DNA from: Phyllosticta citribraziliensis
Lineage: Eukaryota
Direction of reading: 5' to 3'
DNA: 64,000 bases
Assembly (NCBI RefSeq): GCF_038025025.1
Contig: NW_027117341.1
Location: 1,116,001-1,180,000, forward strand
The notes under the pieces were generated by a model. It did no database searches and was not told the origin of the DNA. It was given only the letters and a program-made list of their open reading frames with translations. Position 1 is the stretch's first letter; each line of letters opens with the position of its first letter. Shown in pieces: positions 48,985-62,338 of this stretch. Position numbers and translations under genes: made by a program.

Positions 48985-50341
48985 CACTCGGGTTGTTTGT
49001 GAACAACGACGACATGGACAGAAGCAAAGCGGAGAAGGAAGAGCGAGTTTCTCACAGGTCAGTGCTTCCCTTCCCAAAAGGTGTTTCGGGACGGCTTTTG
49101 CGACGGAAACGCGGGACTGACAAGGAAGGAGGATTAACAGCGACAAAATTCGAATCGGAAGGCGAAAGTGAGCCTGCAAATTCAGTGACGACCCCGCTGG
49201 AAGGCTGTAGATTTTGAAGCTTTCGGACCCGGAGTCCAGCCAGGGAAGAAGACACCGCGAGCTATTTCATGAATCGTCGCAGGCCTTTTTGCACGACCGC
49301 AGCAAGCTTATTTCTGGTGTCGGCCCTTGGAACGAGGCTTGGTAGCACAAACAGCCTCCCAATCACCACACTCATGGACGCTTAAACGCTCCCTATTGTC
49401 CATCAGTCATGGTACATGATTACTCCCTATTAAGCATCTGTTACAGCAGCATTCGAATGCTCCTCATCAATCGTCTGCTCGAGTAAACGAATGCTCCCCG
49501 TGCTGATTCCCTACTCCTGTGTGTGCCACGACTTTCGTAACCAAGCCTCGGAAGCCAGAGCGATTAGCAGCGAGAGGCGCCAGCTGGACTGGTTCCTTAC
49601 ATGGGGGCGTATCCCTTTCTTGAGCTCAGCCAAACGTACAAGCCGACATTGTGGTAAGGCGCTGGTGTGAGGGTTGCTCCGCGGGATTTGGTGGCAGAAG
49701 TGTGCGCGACCCCGGCGATAACGTATGAGCCGCTGTGAAGCTGAGGTTTAATGGTATCCAGCCCCCAGAAACGTCGAGGCTGGCTCGAAAGCAAAGAAAC
49801 GGGTGGACGTTTGCCTCGCCGACGGATTGTTGAAAGTCGGGTTGCTCGTGGTGAAGATCAGAAAACGGCCCGGTGGATTAGGAAGACGAATGCTGTCGAC
49901 AGGTCGGCGACGCTGTGGTGAGCGAGCAACAATTTCACGACGCAAGGGCGGTAAGGTTGGTGTTGAAGCAAATTTGGCGGGTTCCTTGTGATGGCCGGCA
50001 GGGGTCCTTATCGATAGGGCGTCCCTGAGTCGTCCCTTCGGCAACCATGTTTACTACCAGGAACGGAAGGCTGCATGTCCCAGCCACCTCCAGCCGCCGT
50101 CTATACCTCTGCATCCACACGACAACCTCGACTGCAATTTTTTTACTTTGCTGCCTTGCCACCTTCCATCACCCCAAGTCCATTTTCTCCCGCTGCTATT
50201 CAGTCTTTTCTGCGCCTCTGCGAGGACCGCCATAGCATCCAGTCGCTCTATACCCCACAAACGTCACAGCGATCCCCCACAGTGCTGCTGAAAATCACCC
50301 GCATTCCGACAACACTGTCCACATTCCGCGCATAGCTGCCC

Positions 50342-53300
50342 ATGGACCCTCATCAACCTCCTGCGGGCTACGGCGCCCCTCCAGGCTATTACGACGACGA
50401 CGAAGAGCGATATCCTCGCGCCCCGAACCAAGGCGGCGCAACCATGCGTTTGTTGACCCATGGCGACGACCTCGAAGAGTTTCCAGCGTCAGTAAACCCC
50501 AACCCTTCCGCGACGCTTCCACCTGAAGCTCCTAGTTTTGCTCCACCCTCTCATTCCTCGCCTCACGGTCCTACCGGCTACCCGGGCATGGAACCCGAGA
50601 CGGCGGTGAATGATGGTATACACCATGACCCAGCAACTTCGCATGCCGAAGATGCCATTGCCGACTTTCTTCGCGAAGTGGAAGAGTCCTTGTCTACAAC
50701 TCAAGCCCCTCAACCTGCTGAGCCCGCTGAACCAAAATCTGCTTTCAAACGCGGCACCGACAAGATCAAAAAGACCGTCAAGCTCAAGACGCGCGTCAAG
50801 CGCAAACCTGTCGACCAAGAAGACTCACCAGATCCTTCTGATAGGCCGTCTCTTGTCCAGCCCACCTACCAATCCTCGACCACCGACCTACCATTCCCCG
50901 GCAGCTCGTCGATTCTGGATGACGCTCCGCAAATGCCTCCACCGGACATGGACGACGCATACATGTCATGGCGAACCGCAAGCCCACTACGCTCTACCTC
51001 TCCGACGAGACCTTGGTCACCGACGCGCCCCACTGACTGGCCTCGTCCACCAGTCTCAAATGTGGGCTTCGAGCCAGTCGACATCAACGGCAGCCCGCGA
51101 CCAGGAACTCCGTCTCGCTACTCGGGCAGTGGCAGGCGCCCGCTGCCTCCACAGCCGCTCTTCCCACGACGACCAGGCTCTTCAGACTCCAAGGCAAGCG
51201 AGGCCACCATCAACATAGACGGCGAAGACGACGTCTTTGGTCCCGATGACGACGAAAAGAGACCCGGTCTGCACAGTGTAGACTCCTTCAACAGCCACTC
51301 GACATTTACCGACGAATTCTATGGCGAAAAGCATGTGGGTCCTGCGCCGGCTGGCAGGCAAGAGCGCCGTGGAGCACGCGAAGCAAGGATGGAGAAGCGT
51401 GAAGTCCGCCTTGTCAACGGTGAACTCATTCTCGAGTGTAAGATTCCGACCACTCTTTACAGCTTTCTCCCCCGTAAAGATGGTACGGAGTTTACGCACA
51501 TGCGGTACACTGCCGTGACTTGCGACCCCGATGACTTTGTAGAAAAGGGCTACAAAGTGCGTCAGAACTTTGGACCGACGGAGCGAGAGACTGAGCTCTT
51601 CATTGCCATTACCATGTACAACGAAAACGAAATTGACTTTACGCGCACCATGCACGGCGTCATGAGGAACATTTCCCACTTTTGCTCCCGCGCAAAGAGT
51701 CGCACCTGGGGCAAAGATGGCTGGCAGAAGATTGTTGTTTGCATCATTTCCGATGGCCGCTCAAAGGTGCATCCTAGGGTCCTCGACGCATTGGCAGCCA
51801 TGGGATGCTACCAAGAAGGCATCGCAAAGAACACTGTCAACGACAAGGAGGTGACTGCTCACGTGTACGAGTACACGACGCAGGTCTCTCTCGACGCAGA
51901 TCTCAAGTTCAAAGGTGCGGAAAAGGGCATCGTCCCGTGCCAGATCATCTTCTGTCTCAAAGAAAAGAACGCAAAGAAGCTCAACTCGCACCGCTGGTTC
52001 TTCAACGCCTTTGGCCGCGCGCTGAACCCCAATATTTGCATCCTGCTCGACGTTGGTACCAAGCCGGGCCCCAAGTCTCTGTATTACCTGTGGAAGGCAT
52101 TTGATACCGACTCCAACGTCGCAGGCGCCGCTGGAGAGATCAAGGCCGGCAAGGGCAAGGGATGGTTAGGTTTGCTCAACCCACTGGTGGCGTCACAAAA
52201 CTTTGAGTACAAAATGTCGAATATCCTGGACAAGCCGCTGGAGTCGGTATTTGGATACATCACGGTGCTGCCCGGTGCCCTGAGCGCGTACCGCTACCAC
52301 GCACTTCAAAACGACGAGACAGGACATGGTCCCTTGAGCCAGTATTTCAAGGGCGAGACTCTTCATGGACAGGACGCCGATGTGTTCACCGCAAACATGT
52401 ACTTGGCAGAGGATCGCATTCTGTGCTGGGAGCTTGTGGCTAAGAGAAATGAGCGCTGGGTCCTCAAGTATGTCAAGCGCGCCACCGGCGAGACTGACGT
52501 GCCAGGTAAGTCACAGAACTTTTCCCACAGCGAATCATAAAACTGACACTTCCCCAGATGCCGTGCCGGAATTTATCTCACAAAGACGTCGCTGGCTCAA
52601 CGGTGCCTTCTTCGCCGCCGTCTACTCGCTGCTCCACTTTAGGCAAATCTGGATCACGGACCACACGCTGTGGCGCAAGGTTCTACTGCACATTGAGTTC
52701 ATGTACCAATTCGTCAGCCTGCTCTTCACGTACTTTTCGCTGGCCAACTTCTACCTCACCTTCTACTTCATCGCGGGCTCCTTGTCGGACCCCAAGCTGG
52801 ACCCCTTCGGACACAACATTGGCAAAGTCATCTTCGTGGTGCTGCGGTACGCGTGCGTGCTGCTCATCTGCACGCAGTTCATCCTGTCAATGGGAAACCG
52901 ACCGCAAGGCGCCAAAAAGATGTTCATGTTCAGCATGATAGTGTACGGCATCATCATGGTGTACACGACGTTCGCATCACTCTACATTGTCGTGACGCAA
53001 ATCAAGGACCCGACAACGACGTTTACGCTTGGCAACAACATCTTCACCAACATGATAGTGTCGACAGCATCAACCATCGGACTCTACTTCCTCATGTCGT
53101 TCCTGTACCTGGACCCATGGCACATGTTCACCAGCTCGGCGCAGTACTTTGCACTACTGCCCAGCTACATTTGCACGCTGCAAGTCTATGCGTTTTGCAA
53201 CGCGCACGACGTGACGTGGGGCACCAAGGGCGACAACGTCGCCAAAACGGATCTGGGCAGCGCGCGGGGCAGCGCCACGGCCGGTGTTGTCGAGCTCGAG

Positions 53301-53843
53301 ATTCCGTCAGACCAGCTCGATATCGACTCGTGCTACGACGAGGCGCTGCGCAACCTGCGCGACCGCATCGAAGTGCCGGGCCCTGGTCTGTCGGAGAGCC
53401 AGGCGCAGGAAGACTACTACCGCGCGGTGCGCACATACATGGTCGTGGTGTGGCTCATTGCCAACGCGGTCCTCGCCATGGCCGTGTCCGAGGCCTACCC
53501 CGTCGGCGATGTCGGCGCCAACTTCTACCTCAAGTTCATTCTGTGGAGCGTCGCGGCCGTCGCGCTGTTCCGCGCGCTGGGCTCGGGCGCTTTTGCCGTC
53601 ATCAACATCATCCAGAGCGTGGCTGAGGGCAAGATGCGCTGGGGCATGCGCTGGGGCTCAAGCAATAGCGATAGTGCGGGCGGTAGCTCGGCGAACGCGT
53701 CGTCCAAGCGCTGGAGCGGCGGCAGCTATGCCAGCTATCGGAGGCGCAACCGTTGGTTTGGTTGGGCGAGGGCGCCGGTCGAGGCTGTTGGCAGTGCGGG
53801 CGCGTGGGTTGGCGATCGGACGAAACGCGTCTTCCGTCGTTGA
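50342..53843 (+). CDS. Chitin synthase, division I (class II-like); 2 exons
   Basis: Motifs [54 protein letters not shown] and QRRRW. Intron at 52506-52557. Pro-rich N-terminus typical of class II. Confidence 0.95.
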
Positions 53844-54159
53844 AAGAGTGGGAGAGGGAGTTGAAGACGTTGGTGAAGAGTTGCGAGTGTGCTAGGCACC
53901 TATTGGCGCACGGCGTAAGAGATGGGTGGAAGTGTTGGATTGCGCGCTTCTTAGGTGCATACAGAATAGGGGGAAAGCAAAGCGTCGGAACTTTTGTATT
54001 TGGAAGAGGAACAGCAAGAGCGAACAAGTAGCGCTGTTGGTTGAAAGTCGGTTGCATGTGGACGAACAAACGAAGAGGTAATTAGGCGCTCTGGCGTGTC
54101 TCTTTGACCTTTCTCATTCTTCTCCCTCTTGTTCTTCCGGTTCTCTTTCTCTTTTCTCG

Positions 54160-54199
54160 TCATCATCATCACCAGCATCATCATCATCATCATCATCAT
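54160..54199. repeat. (CAT)n microsatellite, imperfect
   Basis: Seen directly. Confidence 0.9.
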
Positions 54200-55508
54200 T
54201 ACCATAAAGCAGCCACACGATTCTCTTTTTCCTATTTCTCCTTCTCCCTTTCTCGTACGTATTCCATTTATTCCTCTCTGATCTGCTTGTGTACACGATA
54301 CCTCAGCACTTTTGTTTTACCATTTACCATGGCATGACATGTTCAAAATTCCCGCATCCAATCAAATCTACTTGACGTAACCTCATCTAGTCTCCGCTGT
54401 CGACTGCGGCAGGAGAGACGATCAGATGGGCGGGATCGGACGGCTCGTCTCGTTTCGGGCCGCTTGTTCGCGCATGCACCGCATTCATCTATTCATGACT
54501 GTTGCCGCTGCGTTGGGACAGCGGGCCAGCAGCGTACAGTGCCAACAGTGGTGTACATGTAGTAGACTGGTATCCTGAGCAAAGACGCCGTTGTTGGCGA
54601 GCGGTGCATGTGCCGGTGTTGTCGGTGCCAGACCTACATCCATCGAGCACTCCCCTCGATCGCATCAAGCGCAAAGAGGCCAAACGACAGGTCATCAGCA
54701 AAGCTGGCTGACTAACATCGCAAATTCGTCGCCGAGCAGGAACGAGCAGGAGGCATATGGAGCGCCGTCAAGTACTGTACCCAGGAGACGCAGCGCGGGA
54801 ACAAGTACTCGAGGCACCTCGTGCCAGCATCGCCGTCAGGAGAAGGTAATCCCCTCCTCATCCCCAACCCCTATCCCACATTTTCCCTTTTTCAGCCAAT
54901 ACCTCGAGCGAGGCGGCCGAAAATCGCCCCGACTTTTCGATTGTTCGTCCCTGCGCTCCACCGTTGGCTGGCTGGGACCAGCTCGGATTTTCTTGTTCGA
55001 TGCGGGGATGACCGCTGCGCGAGTGACTAGGTAGGTAGGTGGGTAAGGTAGGTGACTTGTGTGCAGTTCGCCTCAGGCCCCTGGTCGTGTCGTGTTCGGA
55101 TTGCGCTCGCTCGCGCGTCATGAACCTATGTACAGTACAATGCAAATTGGGCGTGCTGTCACCACTGAACTGCTCCTCCTACTCCTCGTGCTCATCGCGC
55201 AGTCGTCTGAGCCCAGTACCTATCGCATACTGTACATTTTGTGAGCTTACTCATCACCGCCCATGGGCTCTTTTGCCGTAGATGCACAGTACATTGGACG
55301 CAGCGGCTGGATCATAGGCACAGCGTCTTGCAGGGGGGCAAATTGATGGGAACGCTTGTTTCGTCCCGTGGCGTTCGCGCCGAGCCTCATGTCGGGGAAA
55401 ACAAGCCTTTTGCAGCTGCGGGACATCGGGTTTGGCGTATGCGAGTGCGAGTGGGATGGCTGGTTTGTGATCAGTGGACGGGTAGGGAGGGAACCGCCGC
55501 GTGTTGGG

Positions 55509-55534
55509 GTGTGTGTGTGTGTGTGTGTGTGTGT
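55509..55534. repeat. (GT)n microsatellite
   Basis: Seen directly. Confidence 0.9.
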
Positions 55535-56427
55535 GGGACCTGAGCAGCAGCCAGCCAGCAGTTGAATGGATGAGGTGGTAGGTGGTAGGTACATGTGTGT
55601 AGAGTACCAGATACGGTGATGGGCTGGCTTGTAGACAGGCGTTCAAGGCGGGACGATCGAACGGATTGCTACTGGCCTGTATGAAAAGCGCAACGGTGAT
55701 CGTCGTACTGTCTGGCCTGGCCTGGCCTGGCCTGATGAGTGTGGACACGGACAGCCGTTTGATGTTTGATGAAAAGATGGTGGTTCGGCGCTTTGCTTTT
55801 CTAATGGGGTCGGTAACTGCATGTTTGCTTTTTCGTGTCGGTAAACGCGTACCTACGTCGCACAACACCTTGTCCAATTGCAGTCTGCTGGCCACGCGTG
55901 TGGCGTTAGGGCAGAGGCGTGCCTGGATGTCTCACTGGGTGGGTTAGGAGTCCTGCGGCGCCGGGGCAGAAAGCTTAGCGCGCGGCGAGTGGTCGTGGTT
56001 TTGCTGTAGTTGCCGCACCTCCCCTCCACCCTTGCCGCTTGCTGGCTGCTTGCTAACTCGTTCAATGCCGGAGCTTCATCCCAGACGACGGGGAGGGGTT
56101 CGCATTGCGGTGCTTTATGCTGGTAGATACCAGGCTTACAAGAAGAAGACTGCCAGGCCGCCCACGCGTACCTTTTCTGCGAGCGGTCGCAGCATCTAGA
56201 CCAGACAGGGCCGTTGGCAGTCTTTCTTTTGCTCTCAATGTGACCCGTCGATCCGTGGATAACTCTGTTCTCTCCTCTGATGTGCGCATCCTTTTGGACC
56301 TGCATGGGTTCCTGAGTCAATCAGCTTAATCTTTCTCCCCAGGCACAGTTTGATTTGTGCCTTGCCTGGCTGCCTGTCTGCATCCTTTCGACCTCTTCCC
56401 ACAACGGTCCGCGGCCGCTCCACTGAA

Positions 56428-57771
56428 ATGGCCCGTATCCCGCGCGAGGGCACTGGGCGGACCCTCTTCACCATCACCGTGTTCCTCCTCTCGCTGTCAT
56501 GGGTCATTGTTCTCATGAGAGTCGTGGTGAGATGGCGCATACGCAGTTTTGGCGTCGATGACATTTTAATGTGTGTTGGGTTGGTACGTTGCGCCCCCGC
56601 CGATGGCGTATTTTGGTGTCTTCACTGGCTTTTCGGTGGCTGACCTTGATGGTGCCAATAGGTGTTCTACACGCTAGCATGCCAGGCTGTAATAACCATG
56701 GCATGCTACGGCGTTGGGAATTACGTCAAAAATGTGACTTCGCAGGCGGACGTCATTAATGCTGCAAAGGTAAGAATGCTTCCCAACACTGTCGACCGTC
56801 AGATTCAAGCCATGAGAATAGGAGACTGACGATTGCGCAGTGGAGCTTCTTCTTCCAGTTCTTCTACGTGCTGGGCACCATTCCAATCAAGGCCAGCATA
56901 TGCGTCACGCTCCTTCGAATCTCCTACAGAGCCCTCCACCGCCTGGCGCTCTACCTTGCCATATTCTTGACGGTTCTTGGTGCACTGTGGTCAGACATAG
57001 CGATCCTAGTCAACTGCAAGCCAGTGTCCGCCTCCTGGGACGCATCAAAAGGTCGATGCCAGGGGCCAAACACGTTGCTTACCGCTTCGTACGTCTTGTC
57101 CGCGACTTCAATATCGAGCGACTGGATATGTGCCGTCATGCCGATTTTCTTGCTGTGGCGCGTACGGTTGATGAAGGGAGTGAAGGTTTCTCTGGTACTC
57201 GTTTTGGCACTAGGCGCGCTGTATGTCAACCTGCCACAGTTGGTCCCGACCAAAACGCTGCTAACACGATCAAATCAGAGCAAGTACCGCGACCATTATA
57301 CGCCTTGCAAACGTCGTATACTACGAGCGCCACCCCGCAGAATTCCTCAGGGAGCTGGGAGCTGGAGCACTGTGGTCCATAATCGAGTCGGGCGTGGGAC
57401 TGACGGCTGGATCGCTTCCAACGCTCCGACCACTCCTGAAGCGGCTCCCCGGCTGCAACAGCGGCGTCGCCGAATTGACACCAACGGATGAGAGTGGCAC
57501 GACGAGCAGGGGACTGCGACGAATTCCCTCGTCGCTCAAGCTGAACAACCTGCGGCATACGTCGAGCCACACGAATTGCACAGCTTGCGGCGGACCAAAC
57601 GAGGCGCACGACCACAAAAGCGCCGTGCACGAGCACGTATCTCCATGTGAGGATAGGATGCACATCCGGCTTGAAACCCAGGTTCATGTGAAACCGACAG
57701 GGCGAGCGAGGCGCTCTCGTCCAGAGGACGAAGAGGTGGATAGTCGAGGGCGGGCGTGTACGATATCATGA
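56428..57771 (+). CDS. Pth11-like (fungal rhodopsin-domain) integral membrane protein without CFEM; 4 exons
   Basis: Motifs RVVVRWRIRSFGVDD, IKASICVTLLRI, NCKPVSASWD, DWICAVMPIFLLW and WSIIESGVGLTAGSLPTLRPL. Introns at about 56584-56661, 56770-56840 and 57221-57278. Confidence 0.88.
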
Positions 57772-58632
57772 CTGCAATGGAAAAGGATTGGCCAGGAGAA
57801 AGACGGAAGAGGGCGACAAGGTATCTGTTCGAGGCATCAGTAGAAGTGGAGTCCCGACCGACGACAGGCCGTTGCCATGGCCCTGGTCATCACGTGGGGT
57901 GATAGCAGACGGGCCGTAGATGGTTTCATGGCCGCCAGATGAAGCCAAGCTCCGACGGCCTATCGTGATGGTGTCGGGGCGGGCGGATGGAAGGAATCGG
58001 GTGAGGGCGAGACTGGCGGCGAGAGCGCTGGATTGGAGAGGTACATCAGCCCATCAGACGATCGAGCGACGAGCAGGCGGGAATTGCTGAGGTGCTGGAG
58101 CAGTGCAATGTACATGCAGTGAAGTGGATCCCCGGTTCTCTCCACACTTGACTTGGCTTGACCCGGGCGACCCCGCGGGCCTACGCCAATCGCCCGCCCC
58201 GCCTCTGCCCGCAGCCCGCGCCTCGCTCGTCTGCTCTTGTACTACTGCCGCGCTCCCTTCGCCCTCCTCTTCCTTCACCTTTGTCTTTCAGCCTCATCGT
58301 CTCTTCACTCTTCGCCGCGCGTCGACGTTGCTGTCCCTCTTCTCTCCGAGCTCCAGTCTCATTCCTGGTGCGTGCTACTCTACTCTACCTACTCGCGTGC
58401 AGGGTTCCGAGCTCTGACCCTGCATCCCCGCATTACCCTACCGTACCGTACCTTGCCGCCGCCTTTGGGCTCACACCACCACGTCTCACTCGTCTTCCCC
58501 AACCATCCCACTTGAACACCGCTCAGTCTTCAAACCGCTGACCACCTTGATCCACAGTTCTCACGCGAGCTTAGTACTCTGCCTGACATATGGTCCCGAC
58601 CATCCCTTCGTCACTCTTCCCCCGTCGCAGCA

Positions 58633-61600
58633 ATGTTACCGCATAGGACCAACAAAGGCGCTGTCAAGAATGCTCTGTCCAAAGCTTCGCAGCCATCCGC
58701 ATACACCCGCAGCATTGGTGGCTGGGGCAGGAACCGTTGGCCGAGATGGAAGGCGGACCCATTCGACGAAGAGTGGCGGCATTTCGAACGGCGCATGGAG
58801 CGCTTCCGGCAAGAGATAGACAAGGACCCGTACGAGGCCATCTTTGGCTGGTCAAACCGCATGCGCCAGGGAGAGTCACCATCACCAGGAATGCGGTCTT
58901 GCCGTCGGTCATCGTCAGTGACCGATGTGTCTGCCGAGTCTGGTCAAGAGGCAGACCGAAACCCATCGATGCTGACCAAGGAAGGGAAAGAAGCTGCACC
59001 AATTCCCACTCAGCAAGCCTCAGCATACGTGTCACCAATCCAGTGTGCATCAGCTTCGAACAATAGTGTTTCCAACTTCGAATATGATCCCATAAGCGGC
59101 CGCATGGTCGCCATGTTTTCAGGAGACGCGAAATCAACACAAGCTGAGCCTCAATCCAATCAAGTGACACCCGAGCCAGCGGCATCCACTCAGAAGTCTA
59201 GCTCAGCTGCGGTGGACTCCCGCGACGAGACATTTGCCTCCTACGATGCGTCCAAATCTTACCGAGACCCTCGTGATGCCGCATTAAAAGCCTTTGATGA
59301 CAAGCAAAAGCAGCAATCTACCACCCGCTTGGATGACTGGTACGCGCGACAAGGCTTGGACCCACCCCCTCCGAAAGAAAGTGCCACAAAGAGGCGGTCC
59401 GTGAACGCACCGTGGATCAAGCCAGAACAAAACCCGGCAAAGCCATTTGCCCCCGCCGAGTCAGTCGAGACCCCTTTTGGCCCCATCCGAAGGAACAAGT
59501 TGCCTGAGGATGACATTGATTTGTTGACTGCTGAGGATATCAGGTCTCGCATGAGGAGAATAGGGAGGGTTCCCAATCAAGAGCTATCGTCCACCCAGAA
59601 AAGGCAGGAACATCTTGATCAAGAATTCAGAAAGATTCAGAACTCAGACTCGTTTGTCGATGAGGATGGCAGTAAGATAGAAGCACCTGTTTCCAAGTCT
59701 CCGCAGGATGGCATCACACAGCCGCCCCAAGGCGTGATCGAGGACCAAAGGAAATCAGTGCAAGCAGAGGTTGCGCAAGAACTGGAAACTGCTTTATCAC
59801 GGCACTTGAAGTCAGGACGCCGGCCAAGTGTCGACGATGGATACTCTCATGAGCCGACTGGACTGCAAACCTCTTACCTGCGGGAAAAGGCAGCTGGTCG
59901 TGACCTCGGCGCCGAAATATCTGCAAAGGAGCAGCCAGAGCAGCTTGACGACGGATATTCTCGAAGACCAACGGGTCTGCAAACATCTTTCGAAAGAGAG
60001 CGCAGGTCGGGAAAATCGCTGGAGGACGAACTGCAGGCAAGAGATCAGCCAGACAGTCAATCGGCAGACGATGGTTATTCCAAAAGTCCCATGGGGCTCG
60101 AGACATCTTACCAACGTGAAATTGAATCGGGAAAGAGCCTGGAGGATGAAATAAGGGCAAGGAGCCAAGCCGAAACCAGAACAGATGACGGCTACTCCAA
60201 GACTCCTACCGGACTGCAGTCATCCTATGCCCGCGAAATGGAAGCTGTTCGAAACGGTGAGAAGAAATCGCTCGCCGAGGAACTCAGGGAAGCACCAACG
60301 GGTGCTGGTTCTTACTCCGACATCTGTCCATCCAAGACGGAGTTCTTCGCCACTCCAAGGTCCATCGAACAGCGCCGCAAAGACGCGTCTCCTGACGTTG
60401 CCAAGGACTGGTATGGCTACTCTCTGCAACCACTTGGTCTCGAGACGTCGTACGAGCGGGAGCTTGAGGACTGCAAGAATGGCAAGCGCAAGTCTTTGGA
60501 GCAAGAGCTTAAAGAACGAAGCTCTACAACGCAGAAAGATACTTCTTTTTGTGGACAGTTTTCCAAAGACACGCCACCCAAGGCGCAAGGGGTCTTGAAC
60601 AATCTCAATGGGCTTCTTTCAGATGCTGCTCTCTCCCGAACACTCCGCGAGGTGTACGAGAAACACTATGGTAAAATCACCTACGACCATCGTCAACCGT
60701 CGACTCCGTTACCCGCTTCTGCCCAGCCTGAGAATGAAGGACGTGTAGACGAGAGTATTCATCAGAGCCTTGTTGAACACGAAGCAAAGAACCCAGACAA
60801 ATACAAGTTCAAGCCCGATACTCTTGAAGCGGAGCTAGCCGCACAAAATCCCATTCCCGAGAAGAAAGATTCGACAACAACAGCTACCGAAGAGAAATTT
60901 CCACATCCCGTACCTTCGGTTAAGGGGGGCACAGATGCCTCGCCGGAAGCATCAGCCGTTGCGAACGAGAGCAGCTCAAAGAGTCAAGTTCGCCACTACA
61001 AACTGCTGGCCTACGACCGCAGTGCGCGGACGGTCGAGACGTCAGAGACATCATCTACCGTCAAGTCCTCTGGTGAAATGCCCATCTCACTTAGCGTTGC
61101 CCTCTCCAAACTTACCAATCCTGTCAAGTTTCTGCCTCATCTCAAGCAGCTCGGCAAAGAAGGGTACGAGCCGGTTGCTAGCACGGCCGATCTACTTGTC
61201 CTTCGGCTTCGCGAAGGGCAACCTTCTCCTACCGGTGCTACCCGCACCAAGCCACTCCGAGCGAACCCCATTGACGGCACCACCATACCCCTTCCCCCAA
61301 CGCCGACAACCATGAGCCCAACGGGTTATGTCAACCTGGATCCCGTTGTCGATCAAGACAGCCGCAGCGAGGTGTTTGAGTCAAACTATAACAGATCCTC
61401 GTCGGAACCGGCCAATGCGTCTGGCAGTTCTCATGGTAACTTTGACCACAACCACCGTGGCAGCAGCGGCAAGAAAGTGCGACGCACCGAGGCCGTCTTC
61501 ACGGGCCAGCAGCGCGCCAGGGCGGAGCAAGAGAAGCATAATCGTCGCCAGGGCGTCCGCACTGTTTTGACAACGCTCATCTGGGCGACGGCTACGTGCT

Positions 61601-61641
61601 ACATTGCTGGCGTCGCCGGCGAGGTCGCCAAGGGCTATTAG
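58633..61641 (+). CDS. Large Ser/Thr-rich hypothetical protein with internal repeats and C-terminal TM segment
   Basis: 1002-codon ORF with DPYEAIFG and EYDPISGRM blocks, five DDGYS..PxGLxTSYxRE-like repeats and C-terminal VLTTLIWATATCYIAGVAGE. The true 5' end is uncertain. Confidence 0.8.
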   Translation: MLPHRTNKGAVKNALSKASQPSAYTRSIGGWGRNRWPRWKADPFDEEWRHFERRMERFRQEIDKDPYEAIFGWSNRMRQGESPSPGMRSCRRSSSVTDVSAESGQEADRNPSMLTKEGKEAAPIPTQQASAYVSPIQCASASNNSVSNFEYDPISGRMVAMFSGDAKSTQAEPQSNQVTPEPAASTQKSSSAAVDSRDETFASYDASKSYRDPRDAALKAFDDKQKQQSTTRLDDWYARQGLDPPPPKESATKRRSVNAPWIKPEQNPAKPFAPAESVETPFGPIRRNKLPEDDIDLLTAEDIRSRMRRIGRVPNQELSSTQKRQEHLDQEFRKIQNSDSFVDEDGSKIEAPVSKSPQDGITQPPQGVIEDQRKSVQAEVAQELETALSRHLKSGRRPSVDDGYSHEPTGLQTSYLREKAAGRDLGAEISAKEQPEQLDDGYSRRPTGLQTSFERERRSGKSLEDELQARDQPDSQSADDGYSKSPMGLETSYQREIESGKSLEDEIRARSQAETRTDDGYSKTPTGLQSSYAREMEAVRNGEKKSLAEELREAPTGAGSYSDICPSKTEFFATPRSIEQRRKDASPDVAKDWYGYSLQPLGLETSYERELEDCKNGKRKSLEQELKERSSTTQKDTSFCGQFSKDTPPKAQGVLNNLNGLLSDAALSRTLREVYEKHYGKITYDHRQPSTPLPASAQPENEGRVDESIHQSLVEHEAKNPDKYKFKPDTLEAELAAQNPIPEKKDSTTTATEEKFPHPVPSVKGGTDASPEASAVANESSSKSQVRHYKLLAYDRSARTVETSETSSTVKSSGEMPISLSVALSKLTNPVKFLPHLKQLGKEGYEPVASTADLLVLRLREGQPSPTGATRTKPLRANPIDGTTIPLPPTPTTMSPTGYVNLDPVVDQDSRSEVFESNYNRSSSEPANASGSSHGNFDHNHRGSSGKKVRRTEAVFTGQQRARAEQEKHNRRQGVRTVLTTLIWATATCYIAGVAGEVAKGY

Positions 61642-61920
61642 ACGATGTTTTCTCCACGTGGTATAATGGATCAACGATTGCAACGCGTGGATGGACATTT
61701 TGGATCGGGTTTATATGGGACGACTGTTTTCCTTTGACACATGGCGTTAGTTGTGACTTATTGGTATTCTTGTTGCCCGTTTTCATTCTGAGTCGGGACG
61801 GGCGGACGGGCGGACGGGCGGACGAATGACCCAGCTGGACGCACCGGGTTTGGAATGGTGGTCTTCTCCTTGATTCTTTGATACTGCTACTCACCACATC
61901 ATCTTCGCTCTCAGAAAGAT

Positions 61921-62338
61921 CAGTGTTGTAAGCAATTCCATAAGATTGCCCTTATTGCTTTATGGCGTTGCGCAACGTTGCGTTGCTCAACGCAATTAGC
62001 CTACTTATAATGTAACGTTAACGTAATCACTTACTCTTATGGATTACCCTTATTGCCCTTATTACTTAAGGGTTAATTCTAGGGAATTCTAGAAAATCCT
62101 TAGTAGATTAGTAAGATTTTTAGGAAATAATTACTAATTTTTTTTAGGTAGTATCAGCTTTTTCAAAATTCTGCCAGGTAATAGGAAAATTATATAGGAA
62201 AGTAAATTAAGGTAACATAAGTAATTCCATACAATCTAACCTCCTAATTGCGCAACGCAATTGGCGTAGCCGATTGCGCTGGGCAATTCCACGCAATTAG
62301 AGTCGATGTTGCGTTGCGTTGCGTTGCTTACAACACTG
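61921..62338. mobile_element. 418-bp non-autonomous hAT-type MITE
   Basis: Perfect 15-bp TIR CAGTGTTGTAAGCAA / TTGCTTACAACACTG, 8-bp TSD AGAAAGAT (61913-61920 and 62339-62346), subterminal GCGTT repeats and a TA-rich interior. Confidence 0.92.
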
